NCBI GenBank assembly: GCA_958009085.1
Contig: OY253673.1
Coordinates: 992,001 to 1,056,000, forward strand
Source of the DNA: Protoeuglena noctilucae
Taxonomy: Eukaryota
Direction: 5' to 3'
DNA length: 64,000 nt
Positions 52,001 through 63,808 of the stretch are shown here, piece after piece (within the stretch, counting starts at the first letter, position 1; each line of letters starts with the position of its first letter). The notes under the pieces are model-generated. The model was not told the origin of the DNA, searched no databases, and saw nothing but the letters and a program-made list of their open reading frames with translations. A program made the position numbers and the translations under genes.

Positions 52001-54141
52001 CACCCGCGTGCACGACGCGGCAGAGGTCCCCCAGGCCCTGCGCGCCGAGATCGCCAACATCTTCCTCAAGCACATCTTCCAGAAGTCCCCCGACCGCGCG
52101 GACCTCCAGGGCCCCGTGCCGCGGCGGCTGGACGGGGCCATGGAGCGCGACTTCGGCCTCGAGTCCCCCGACGCCCCCCGGACCCTGGGGGAGCTGATAC
52201 GCCGCCTCAAGACCTGGCACGCGCTGCTCATCGCGGCGACCGAGGTGGCGACGGCGGGGTCGTTCCGCCTCGAAGCCGAGGCGCCGCGGCTGGCGGACGG
52301 CACCCCGCGCCTGGCCGACCTGGCGCTGGCCGGCATGCCCCTCCCCGGGCAGCACATGGGCGGCGCGGACCCCGCCGTCACCGGCACGGTCTTCGTCGAG
52401 CGCGTCGGCAGCGACATCTCCGCCGTCCGCCGCAACGGCGCCACCGCCCGGCGGGTGGAGCTGCTGGGCACGGACGGCGCCTCGCGCCACTTCCTCTTCC
52501 AGACCTTCACGACCGCCTCCGTCGCCGCCGAGGAGCGCGCGATCCAGCTCCTGCGCCTCCTCAACCACCAGCTGGAGCACGTGCCCCCCGCCCGCCGCCG
52601 CCGGCTCCTCTTCACCGCGCCCGCCTCGGCGCCCGTGGTGGCCAACATCAGGCTGCTGGAGGACGACCCCGCGAACTCGACGCTCGCGGACGCCTACACC
52701 ACCTCGTGCGAGCGCCGCGGCCAGGACCCCGACATGGCGATCCTGCACTTCAAGCGCATGTGCTTTGCCGAGGCGGGGGAGCTGGCCAACCTGGAGCCCC
52801 AGCAGCGCGCGCACCAGGCCTTCAAGAACATCGCGCACGCCGTCTCGGACAACATCCTCGGCCAGCAGTTCTACAAGATGCACCCGCAGCCGGCCGCGCT
52901 GGTGAGGGCCGGCGCATGCATGGGTCGGGGCGCGTGCATACTAGTTGCCTTGGCAAGGATCCATCGCATGCCGTCAGCCGTCAGCTGCCCCGCGACAATC
53001 TGACAATCACCTCTCCGCTCGCAGTTCGCCTTCAAGAAGTCCCTGTGTGCCCAGATGGGCCTCTTCGCCACCTTCTGCTTCGCCCTGAGCCTGGGAGGGC
53101 GCACCCCCGCACGCATCCTCTACTCCAGGGCCACCGGTGAGGGGCGGGACATGGGTGTCTAGATGTCTACATGACATGTCATGAAATCGGATCGACTCTT
53201 GTTGATTTCTTGGTTGCTGGTACCAGCTGGCTCACGACGACCACCATCGCGCACCCCTCCCCTGCAGGCGCGGTGACGATGGCGGACGTGAGCCTGCAGT
53301 ACCACTCGCAGCAGCTGCTAGCCGTGGCCAACGAGCACGTCCCTTTCCGACTCACGCGCAACATGCAGCTGTGCTTCAGCATCTTTGGCGTGGACGGCGT
53401 CTTCGTCCCCGCCATGGTGCTGCTGGCCGTGGCGTGCTTGCAGCCCAGGAGCAACGTCCTCGACTTCCTGCACCTCTTCTTCCGGTGAGACGCGAATGAA
53501 GCATCGCGATGCCTGCGATGCCAGTGATCACTCAATGGCTGACACGTTGGCCACTGTTGAGTTGTTTGGCGGCAGCGAGCGACTGACCGCCAGACCTCTA
53601 ACTCTGCCGCGCCCGCTGTCCGCGCTCGCAGCGACGACCTCACGGCGTGGCAGGCGGACCTGCTGGCCCGCTCCCTGCGCCAGGGCCAGGACAAGGGCCC
53701 AGGCGAGGCGTCCGTGCTCAGCCTGCCGCAGCTGGCGCAGGCGGTGGAGCGCAACGTCGCCCAGGTGGCGGCACGCGTGGAGCAGATCGCCCCGGCGGAG
53801 ATGGTGCACCTGCTGGAGGGACAGCAGGCGAGTGGTGGGGAGGGGAGATGGCATGGGGTTGTGCCCCACAGCATTTGAGTTGCTCTGTGCCGTCACGCAT
53901 GCCGCGTGTCTGTCCATTCCCTTCACCTCACGTCACCTCACGTCACCTCACCTAACGCGCCACGGCCCCACTTCACCCCCCACAGGCCGCGGCGCCTGGC
54001 CGCCCCCGCTTCGGATACCTGGAGAGCGACCGCCCCGCCAGCGCCGAGGACGTCATGGCCCCCGCCAAGCACCTCGTGGACCAGGCGTCCGACTCCAAGA
54101 ACCTCTGCGCCATGGACCTCCTCTGGCACCCGTGGTTCTGA
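37042..54141 (+). CDS. TRRAP: TRRAP/Tra1 (PIKK pseudokinase; SAGA/NuA4 scaffold), ~25 exons
   Basis: LREDNEENA, AQIKT, LRPMAYSLLAELVHHMR, LLLNLV, GLKTLEFWIDNLNPEFL, ILGKLGGRNR, FAT region (WRFRTPNEW, VNRLASIARKHG, EAFVKIHEQ, WVPQLL), VPFRLTRN and FATC NLCAMDLLWHPWF-stop. Confidence 0.97.
38899..39063 (+). repeat. ~51-bp tandem triplication of an intron acceptor plus exon start
   Basis: Units accatctaccactccctct.ccccccag|gctgctcctcaacctggtgcag at 38900, 38951 and 39001, plus a partial unit at 39052. Confidence 0.95.
47369..47415. repeat. AT-rich intronic microsatellite, (TA)n interrupted by GGC
   Basis: ataggtatataggcatatatatatacatataggcatatatataggca inside a TRRAP intron. Confidence 0.85.
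49581..49666 (+). repeat. (CACCT/CATCT)n pentamer tract upstream of a TRRAP acceptor
   Basis: cacctcacctcgtctcccatctcaccccatctcatctcacctcacctcacctc... ending ccccgcag. Confidence 0.8.
53921..53955 (+). repeat. (CACCT/CACGT)n pentamer tract in the last TRRAP intron
   Basis: cttcacctcacgtcacctcacgtcacctcacctaac. Confidence 0.8.
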
Positions 54142-54491
54142 TTCTGACGCCAGAACTGCGTGCCATGCCATGCCCTGCCTCGCGGAAGCCCGGGGACGCA
54201 ACGCGTGGATGCCTGCCGACTTGCGCCCCTCACACCCTGTCATGACTGCAACCTCATGTGCACCCCTAGTGTGCCCTTGTCCCTCTGTTCCGCCCCTGTT
54301 GCTTAGCCGGGCCGCAGTTGTGGGTCCCAACTCTCCACCGCATCTTCTCTTTAACAACGCCCTAGATGCTACATGAACGCACGCAACGTGCTGCAAAGGA
54401 CCTCTCTGCAACCCAGCGCATGCATATGCACTCTGTGCTGTGTAGGAAAAGTTTGTATATGCTTGTGGGAAAAGGTGTCGCAGTACAGGGT

Positions 54492-56713
54492 TCAGAACCT
54501 CTGCAGCGCCCCGGGATCCTCCGGGAGATCCTCCAGATCCGAATCGTCGTCGCTATAATCAGACAATGCGTCGGAACTACTCGCAGACGAGCCACGGCGC
54601 GCCACGGGCGGGCGCAGCCGTGGGCCGGCCCCACGCTCAGACGCGTCCCCCTCATCGCCCGGTCCCTCGGCCAGGGGCTCGTCATCGCGAAGAGTCCTCT
54701 CTGAATCGTCCACATCCATCCACCGCACCTGCTCAGGCTGCGGCAGCGGGATGCCCTGCAAAGCCCTGCGGCGGTGGCGAGGATGGTGAACGCGTGACGC
54801 ACTGTGGCATGCACGCACAGCAACGCAGCACGCCGACCTCGGCCAACCCACTCAAGCATCCCACCCAGCACATCAGCGCAGCGCTGTTGCCGGCAGCGCC
54901 CACGCACCCATCCACCCCCGCCACTCTCATGTCTGCCGGGGCTCTTGACGCTTGCGCCTTCCTCCCCCGAACCGCATGGCCCCTCTTGCCCGCCGCGGAC
55001 ACTTTTTGGCGGAAGTCCTTCAGCTTCTCTGGCTCCATGCGGGCAAAGGACGCCTCCCGCATGGCACGCCTGGGCGCGTGCAGCGCATTGGCCAGGTGCT
55101 CTCTCAGCTGTTTCTGGACGCAAGAAGTGGCAGAGGGACCGTGATCCACGGCGCCATCACAGCAACGGAACAGCAAAGCAGAGTCACATGCACAGCTAGA
55201 GATGAGAGATGGCAGAGGAGGTGGCTGCCATTGGAGATCAATTGAATGGGCGAATGCAAGGGCTCACTGCGCGGGCTCTCACCTCGTGGGAGGCGACGGT
55301 GTTGGGCAATACCACGCTGGCGCGAGAATTGAATCGGAACGACCGCTCGGCCGGCGTGAGCATGAGGCGGCGGTTGAAAGAGTCCCGCATTTCGTGCACG
55401 GCTTTGAAGTAGGCTGGGGTGGGAGAGCGGTGCAGAGCGGGTTGCAGAGAGACATGCGAGAGTTGCTGACTTGTCGAGATATCGTGGACAGTGACACGGG
55501 CGAAAGCATAGCCAGCCGCTGCGGCGCTGCCCCACACATTGCTGGTAGCTTCGCTGGTAGCTCGTGGGCCCAGCACTCACCCGAGAACCGAATCTTCATG
55601 GCCCTCAGCTGCTCCGCTCCCTCGCCCCCCGCCGTGACCTTCTCGACGTGCTGTGCCAGGGCATGGGCCGCCTCCGTGCCCGCCATGCTGTGACGGATGC
55701 GCCGCAGACGCTCGGTGGGGGCCACGCTGGCCACCTGGGACACATCGACGGCCCCAAAGACGAACGCGTCCTCTGCGCGGAGGGCCGCGGCCACGCGGAC
55801 CGCGTCGTGGAAGTCGCCGTGGCGCTTGGCCCGACTGCAGGGCAAGGGGCGGCGGGGCACTGCTTAGGTGGCGCTGCTGGGGCGGCGCTGCTGGGGCGGC
55901 GTAGCGGCGTAGCAAATGCATCGAAAAGCGCAGACTGCTCGGCAGCGAATGTGCAGCTCCAGCCATGGCAGGCGCACCGGACGATGTCGGTCAGCGCCCG
56001 CGCTTGCGGCGGTGACAGGTAGATGCGCGTCGGCGTCTTCATGTGTTGCGTGTGGTACAGCGCGTAGACAGCAAAGAGCGCTCCGACGCGCCGAAGGTCG
56101 GGGGGAGCGTCCTGCAGGGCAGGGAACAGCGGCAGAGTTGCAGTGCGACGCTTGCGGGCGTGCGCGCGGAACTACACAGCCCCTTGCCCACACCTCTGGT
56201 GCTGCATCAGTCGCAGAAGGCCGGGAAGCGGGTCGGACCGCTTCCAACGCCGACTCGCGCTCCGCAGCTGGCCGTTCTGCAGGTGGACGGACACGGTTGC
56301 GGTCCGTCTGGCGCAAGGACAGCTTCTCGTCCATGGCGCGCGCTTCACCAAACACATCTAGCTGTCTACTCACCAAGGAACCTGAGGGACGTCCGGAATA
56401 GCCGCTGCGTGAACTCCCACGGCCACTCGTCCATCAGCGCTCCCTCGTGGATCATCGAGAAGACGCGCTGCTCCCACACCGAGCGGAACGTCGCGAAGGA
56501 CGGCGGCTTCTTGTGCTTTTCCACTGCGCATGGCGTTCCGATACGCGTCACAGCGGGCACGGAAAGCACAGAAAGCCGCTTCGATTTCCAGAAGCGAATG
56601 CGTGACGCACCGTCGATGATAAAGGCGTCTATCAGGCCCCCGATGTCCTTCTCGACGGGATTGTCCCCCGCCGCCTCCTTCCTCCGCCTCCTCCGCACTG
56701 GTGGTGCCGCCAT
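54492..56713 (-). CDS. SNAPC1: snRNA-activating protein complex subunit 1 (SNAP43/SRD2-like)
   Basis: EKDIGGLIDAF, SFATFRSVWEQRVFSMIHEG, RRVGALFAVYALYHTQ...RIYLS and HDAVRVAAALRAEDAFVFGAV fit the SNAP43 family; acidic C-terminus. Confidence 0.8.
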
Positions 56714-56974
56714 CGCGACGCAACCTTCGCCTACGCCTAGCCCACCCTCTCGCGAGGGGGCGGCGGACACAGCCCCGCCGCAGTGTCGACTGCTCTCGAT
56801 ATGCAGGCAGGACATTCGTCGGTCAGCCCAGTTTGCTTCATCGACGTCAGAAAACACCATGCAAGCTCTTGCAGGTTGGTTTGTTGGGCGCCGCAGCAAC
56901 CACACATCGAGGCTGCTGATTGCAGTGCAGGAGCGGTCGATCGCAGCCGCAGCTCAGCACATCCTCGGCTCTCG

Positions 56975-58376
56975 ATGTCATTTGCCCGGCCGGAGGTCGT
57001 GGTCATAGGCGGGGGAGTTAATGGCCTGTCATGCGCCCTTCGTGCTGCCCGGGAGCTGCCCCAGCGGCCAGTCGTCACGGGTGCGTGCACCCAAGCAGCG
57101 CCCCGATGGCCAGCCGCGATTCACGGCGCGCCTGCATTGCTCACCGCACGCATCCGTCACCCCCCCAGTCGTGGCTGACAAGTTCTTGTCCGAAACGACG
57201 AGCTTCGGCAGCGGGGGCTTCTGGATGCCATACACGCTAGGCGACACGCCCGATGAGCTGGTGGCGCGGTGGGGGGCGCGGTCCCTGGAGAGGCTGGCGC
57301 AGCTGTACCGCTCCGACCGCGCCGCGGAGGCCGGCGTGCAGGCGGTGCAAGTGAACACCCTCTTCTCAGCGCAAGGGGCACCGCGTCCGCCCTGGCGATC
57401 CCTGGTGGCCGGTTTCCGGGACCTGTCGGCCGTCGACCTGGCCGCCCTGGGCTTCGGCGACGTCGCATCTGACGGGTGGACCTACGCCTCCTTCGTTGCC
57501 GACCAGAGCCGCCACCTGGCCTTTCTGACACGCGAGTGCCAGGACGCAGGCGTGCGGTTCGTGCCGCAGCGACTCGGGAGCCTGGAGGACCTGGAGAGGG
57601 CGGCTGAGGGAGCCCAGGCGGTGAGCAACATGCTGAGGATGCGAGCCCTATAGAGACTGCATCGTTTGTGAGTGCATATTGTGCATGCATAGTGCATCGG
57701 CCATGCTGCAGGTCGTCAACTGCTCGGGGCTCGGCGCCAGGGATCTCTTCGACGACCAGGAGGTGTACGCCGTGCGGGGCCAGACGGTGCGGGTGCTGGC
57801 GCCCTGGGTGAAGTGCGTGTGGCACCTCGATGACGACTGCTATGTGATTCCCAACATGGACTTTGTCGTGCTGGGTGAGGGGAGCGGTCGGCGCAGGGGT
57901 GCTCATGGATGGCCTCGCATGTTGCGCACCGCCAGACCAGACAATGCGCTGCGTTGCACAGGTGGCACGAGGCAGGCAAATGACGACGATGCTCGGACTC
58001 GGGAGGCGGATGTGGAGGGCGTGGTGGAGCGATGCGCGCGGGTATTGCCCGCCCTGCGATCCGCCCCAGTGCTGCACAAGTGGGCCGGCCTGCGTCCCGC
58101 GCGCAGCTCGGTGCGGCTCGAGGCAGAAACGGTGGCCATGCCGCAGAGCGGCCGGGTCATCCCAGGTGCGCTGCCTTAAGGCGTCTAGACCACAGCAGAG
58201 CCGAGAGATGCGTGACGGCGTCTGGAGCATGGTGCACCAACTGAGAGATGCCACACGCATTCCTTGCTTTTCCCGACGCAGTGGTGCACAACTACGGCCA
58301 CGGGGGCGCAGGAGTCACCCTGGCGTGGGGGTGCGCCCAAGAGGCGGTGGAGGAGCTGAGGAGAGTCCTGGACTGA
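56975..58376 (+). CDS. DAO: D-amino-acid / D-aspartate oxidase (FAD-dependent)
   Basis: [45 protein letters not shown] and [19 protein letters not shown]. Confidence 0.92.
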
Positions 58377-58481
58377 CAATCAAGCACGACACGATCATAA
58401 CAGAGCGCTGATGCTCGACAAGGGTCCCATTTCAGCCCTTCACACGAGCGCCGTCGCCCTCCACTTCTGCCAAGATAATGC

Positions 58482-60038
58482 TCAGATGGGCGTGCCGTCC
58501 TTGGGCCACCCTGGCCACGTCTTCTTCGCAGTGCCGAGGTTCGCGATCGACGACTCGCCTTCCTTGGGCACCCCAAACGTCCCCAGAGCCTGCGCGCGGG
58601 AGGTGAGGCTATCCATTTAACTCCAATCCTTAAAGTTGGCGGGTTCAGCGACCACGCCCTAACAAAGTGGCTGCGCACATCCCTGCCCTACATAGGTCAT
58701 GCACTATTGCACGAACCCCGCTCACCTTGATGTTCTGAACGGAGAACTTCATCATGGCCACCCGGGACCTGTGCGGCATCGTGTGGTTGCGCATCACCAC
58801 GTGCGCCACGCCCCGCAGGTACCGCTCGGCCTCCCTGTTGCCTGGGAACGCGTCGATAAGCTGCGAAGGCAAAGCACAGGAACTGTCATATCAGAGGCCT
58901 GTTGGCAAAGCACGTGCGTGACACATGCGCCGCCACATTAGCAACCTCCTGGGGAACCCATAGTTCGCAAACCTCCTGCGGACGCGCAGCACAGCCCATT
59001 GCACATTGCGCTATCCCTCACCGCCTCGATTTCCTCGCGCTGTGCCACCATGTCCTTTGCCGAGTCTCCAGATTCTCTGCGTGCCGCCTTCTGCTCCTGC
59101 TGCCACTCCTTGTACGCCCCGATCGCCAGACGCTTGGCCTCCTCCCAGTCAGCCTCCGTCTCGATGTTCAGCTCCCTGCACCCGATGAACGTAGAGGGGT
59201 GGCAGGCGTGGCTAAGCAATTGCGGCCCTTCCCACCCACCCCTGCGTGCGTACTCACCTCATCAGGACCGACTTGCGCTCCTCCAGGCGTGCTGCCGAGC
59301 TCTTGGGCTTCGTCTTATGCTCCATGGGGTGCCCCAATACAGGGTTATAGTCCGGCTGCGCGAAAGAGAGGGCCCACGTGTTGGCTGGCGGAGGCGGCAA
59401 ACGCAAAGGCAAGCGCTGGCACCGCAACGTGCGGATCCCGCTAAGCCAGCCCGCCACTGCTCACGTGCGTCTCCTTCCACGCCGCCACCGCGAGATACAT
59501 CTCCGCCTGCTGCTGCACGGTGGCTGCCGACCGCTGGGCGTAACCGGACAGGCTCAGGTCGTGCAGGTTCCTCAGGAAGTCCATCTCTGGCTGCGATGAA
59601 AACGACACGTGCCAAGCATTCGCAAGGGTGCCCAACACAGCCAGCGCAATCGCGGCGCGCGTGAGCGGCGAGCGGCAGGAGCGCGACTCGCCGAAGCTGG
59701 GTCCCGCCCCGCAGCCTCCGCCCACTCCAGCGCATCTGCCGGGCTGCAGGGGGGACCGCAAGGCACGGTTGCGACATGGACGTGGTTCAGATTACCAGTA
59801 GACGCGCAGAACCGCGCAGAGCTTGCCTGAAGAGTCCTTCAGATCCCACGGGGGCCTCCTCCTCGTCGCCTGGGCGGGCAACCGAGTTCCTGCCCCGATT
59901 CCGCGATGACGAGATCCCCGTTGGCAGCCCGCCCCCAGGCCTTCCCCCGCTGGTCGTGCGAGAGAGTGCCTCGCGCACGGAGGAGGGCTTTTCCCGCGAT
60001 GGCGGCTCCGATGCCTGCGTGGCGGGGGGAGCGGCCAT
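58482..60038 (-). CDS. Unknown protein, multi-exon
   Basis: Successive exon-like ORFs bounded by splice sites: MAAPPATQ..., PEMDFLRNL..., WALSFAQPDYNPVLGHP..., ELNIETEADWEEAKRL..., LIDAFPGNREAERYLRGVAHVVMRN... and ALGTFGVPKE...WPKDGTPI-stop. Confidence 0.6.
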
Positions 60039-60636
60039 GCAGATCCATTAAACAAGCGCATGTCCTGTGTCTGCGATGACCGATGGCAGCTGGGGTGCTC
60101 TCTCTGCGCGCCTGGGCTCGACAGCTCCGCACCAGGAAGCGCCACATGCCCAGCCGAGCCCAGACGGCCTCCCACTCCCCCAGCCCCGCCGCAGCCGCAG
60201 TGCTGGACGCTGGCCGCAGGACCCGATGCATAGCGTGCCCCTGCAAGGCGAGCGGGGCGCACCCAAGCACGCGCTGTGAAATCTGTGCACAGAACGACGA
60301 GATGGGCGCTGCTGCCACAACGACTGCGTCGGGGAGCCGTGGGTTTGCGGCTCACAGTGCGCATCGGGGCGAAACAGCCAACGCGGATGATTCAATCGAG
60401 AAGACTGGCACTAGGGTTTTGTCGGCGGCGCACCGGGTCCTTTCCACGCCCCTTCGGCCACGGTGATTGGTGGAGAATCGCGTTGTTTCCCTGAAGAGTG
60501 CCTACCCGTTCCGATTGCGTGCATGGGCTCTTCACTCGCCACCCTTCCCGACCAAGGCGTTTCAAAACAGCTGCTTCTCCTCGTCGAACATCGGGACCGT
60601 TAGAAGGGGAGGGTCGGGAGCTGGGCGCGAGGCATC

Positions 60637-63600
60637 ATGCCTCCGAAGGCGAAGCAGGGGAAGGAGGATGGGGACGGGGTGTCGCGGATTGCCATCGTCA
60701 ACCCAGACCGGTGAGCCCCCATGATTGCCTGACTCCTCACGGGGGGCTCCGGCATCGTCGCGGCGCCGCCCACCGCCCCCGCCGGCCCCCGCTGGGTCGC
60801 CGCTCCCTGGGACGACCTCACGCGTGCTGTCGCCGCTTGCGATATTGCTGGAGGGTGATTTAGTTGGGCAAAGACCGTTGCGCGAGCGGCACGCGCAGAA
60901 CGCGGCGGGATGCGCGGCACATGGGCACGCGTGCTTCGCTGCGCCGGCCAGGCCTTTTACGGCTGTCGAGGGCCCGCTCTCGCCAGTCTCGTATGCAGCC
61001 GCTGACTGGCCTCCTTCTGCTTGCACCTCGTGGCTACCGGAGGCGCATGCGCCATCCCGCTACCGCGCTGCCCTGCACGAGGCGACCCGTGTTGCTCCCG
61101 CCCCTTGCGGCGCAGGTGCAAGCCGAAGAAGTGCCGGCAGGAGTGTAAGAAGTTCTGTCCTGTCGTCAAGATCGGGAAGCTTTGCGTGGAGGCCAATCCC
61201 AACAGCAAGATAGCCTGGATTTCCGAGGAGCTGTGCATTGGCTGCGGCATTTGCGTCAAGAAGTGCCCCTTCGAGGCCATCATCATCATCAACCTGCCGA
61301 AGAACCTGGAGACGCAGGCGAGCAGTGCGCCGGGGACCGTCCGCAGCCTCTCACGCGGGCAGAGCCCAGTCGCACTAGCGGACTCTTCGTCAATGACCTG
61401 ACCCTGACCCGCGGCGCCCCCGCAGACGACGCACCGCTATGGGGCCAACACCTTCAAGCTGCACCGTCTGCCCATGCCGCGGCCGGGGCAGGTGCTGGGC
61501 CTGGTGGGCACGAACGGCATCGGCAAGTCGACGGCGCTCAAGATCCTGGGCGGAAAGCTGAAGCCCAACCTGGGTCGCTTCGACACGCCGCCGGACTGGG
61601 AGGAGATTACGCGTTACTTCCGCGGATCGGACCTGCAGAACTACTTCGTGCGCCTTCTGGAGGACGACCTCAAGGCGGCGATGAAGCCGCAGTACGTGGA
61701 CCAGATCCCCAAGGCGGTGCGGGGCAACGTGGGCACGGTGCTGAGTTCGAAGAACGACCGGGGAGCGATGGACACGCTGGTGAAGGACCTCGACTTGGAG
61801 CAGGTCATGGACCGGAACATCGAGGTGCTGTCGGGCGGGGAGCTGCAGAGGTTCGCCATCGCCGTCACGGGGTGCCAGAAGGCGGACGTGTACATGATCG
61901 ACGAGCCCAGCTCCTACCTCGACGTCCGGCAGAGGCTCAAGGTGGGCGCATGCGGATGGCGTGTCACGATTGCTTACCATGCACCAGGCATCCTTCTTCT
62001 GGTTTCAATGGCAGATATCCACTCATCGGCCTCTGTATGCTGCTGATAGCGTGCTGGTAAGGTGTCCCCATACCCCTTGCTGCGACACACCCCACAACTT
62101 GACCCACCGTGCGTTGCTCTGCCTCCTCCCCAGGCGGCCCAGGTCATCCGGGGCCTTCTAACCGACGAGTGCTACGTCATCGTCGTCGAGCACGACCTAG
62201 CCGTCCTCGACTACCTTTCGGACTTCATCTGCTGCCTGTATGGCCAGCCCGGCGCGTACGGTGTGGTGACGATGCCCTTCTCGGTGCGCGAGGGCATCAA
62301 CATCTTCCTGGCGGGGTTCGTGCCCACGGAGAACCTCAGGTTCCGGGAAACCGAGATGACCTTCAAGGTGAGAGGGCCTTATGGCCAGGGGCATTCCCTG
62401 GTCTTGACATGAGCTGCGTGGTTGCGAGGGGCGGGGGCGGTGGACGCATCGTGCAGGCCAACGCTGGCAGTGACTGATGAGTGATGATGCGATTGTGCAT
62501 TTGCAATGCAGGTGGTGGACACGGCGTTGTCGGAGGAGGAGATCCGCCGCGACCACCACTACACGTACCCTGCCATGGAGAAGACCCAGGGGTCCTTCCA
62601 CCTCAAGGTCGAGGAGGGCGAGTTCAGGTGAGATGAGTTGCTTGGGGGTGGGTGGTACTTGCTGAGTAGATGGCATGTTCAGGTGAGAGGACTTGCTTGG
62701 AGTGAATGGGAAATTCATGCTGAGGAAGCAAGTTGATTGTGCTGCTGGGGCGCACGGGGTGCCGCTTGACATCTCACGATGGTGTCACTGTGCCAAATTT
62801 ACACATCTCTGCTGTCCTCACATCACACGCCCTACCCCGCCCCCAGCAACTCGGAGATCGTGGTGCTCCTGGGGGAGAACGGGACGGGCAAGACGACGCT
62901 CATCCGCATGCTGGCCAAGATGCTCGAGCCGGACGACTGCACCGTCATGGACGACCTGCCGGGCCTGAGCGTGTCGTACAAGCCGCAGAAGATCGCACCC
63001 AAGTTCCCCGGGACCGTCCGCGAGCTCCTCATGAAGAAGATCCGGGACTCGTTCGTGCACCCGCAATTCCAGGTCAGAATGTCAGCTGCAGGGTGGCTCG
63101 GCGTGGGTGGAGGCAGGCCTGTTGCCGCGAGGGATGGGGTGTGCTTGCGGGTCAAGCGTGGGACTGCTGGGGTCAAGAGAATGGGAGAGAATAAACGCCG
63201 CGTGGTTTCAGACATGGGTGGTTTCGGCTAGTTGATCACCTCATGTTTTGACTCTTTGCTCATTCTGCCCCTCTTCCGCAGACGGACGTGCTGAAGCCCA
63301 TGATGATCGAGCAGCTCCTGGACCAGGAGCTGCAGAACCTGTCGGGAGGGGAGCTGCAGCGCGTGGGCATCACACTGGCGCTGGGCACGCCCGCCGACAT
63401 CTACCTGCTGGACGAGCCGTCGGCGTACCTGGACGCCGAGCAGCGTATCGTGACGGCCAAGGTCATCAAGAGGTGAGCGGGGTTTGAGTACATGTAAATT
63501 TGGGGTTACTTGCCGCACCAAGACAAGCCTCCCATTCCTCAGGGCAGCTGTGTAACCCATGCGACCGTCAGCATCGGTCTGTGCACCACGTGAAGGTGGT

Positions 63601-63808
63601 CCGGCTCGTGCGTCACTGCGCACGTGTCCCGCCTCCTCTCCGCAGGTTCATCATGCACGCCAAGAAGACGGCCTTCATCGTGGAGCACGACTTCATCATG
63701 GCCACCTACATGGCCGACCGCGTCATTGTCTACGAGGGCGAGCCGTCCAAGAACGCGGTGGCGCGCACCCCGCAGCCCCTCGTGCAGGGCATGAACACCT
63801 TCCTCAAG
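60637..63808 (+). CDS. ABCE1: ABCE1/RLI1 ribosome-recycling Fe-S ABC ATPase (3' end lies beyond the window)
   Basis: [54 protein letters not shown] (twice), [17 protein letters not shown] and [10 protein letters not shown]. Confidence 0.98.
62621..62700 (+). repeat. Degenerate duplication of a 5' splice site inside an ABCE1 intron
   Basis: gttcag|gtgagatgagttgcttgg (donor 62628) and gttcag|gtgagaggacttgcttgg (62683). Confidence 0.75.

Noticed and set aside
52400..53480. TRRAP kinase domain lacks the catalytic Lys/DRH/DFG residues
   Set aside because: Established property of all TRRAP/Tra1 proteins.
62468..62492. TGATGA twice in an ABCE1 intron as snoRNA C boxes
   Set aside because: Too close to the acceptor with no downstream D box; more likely the branch-point region.
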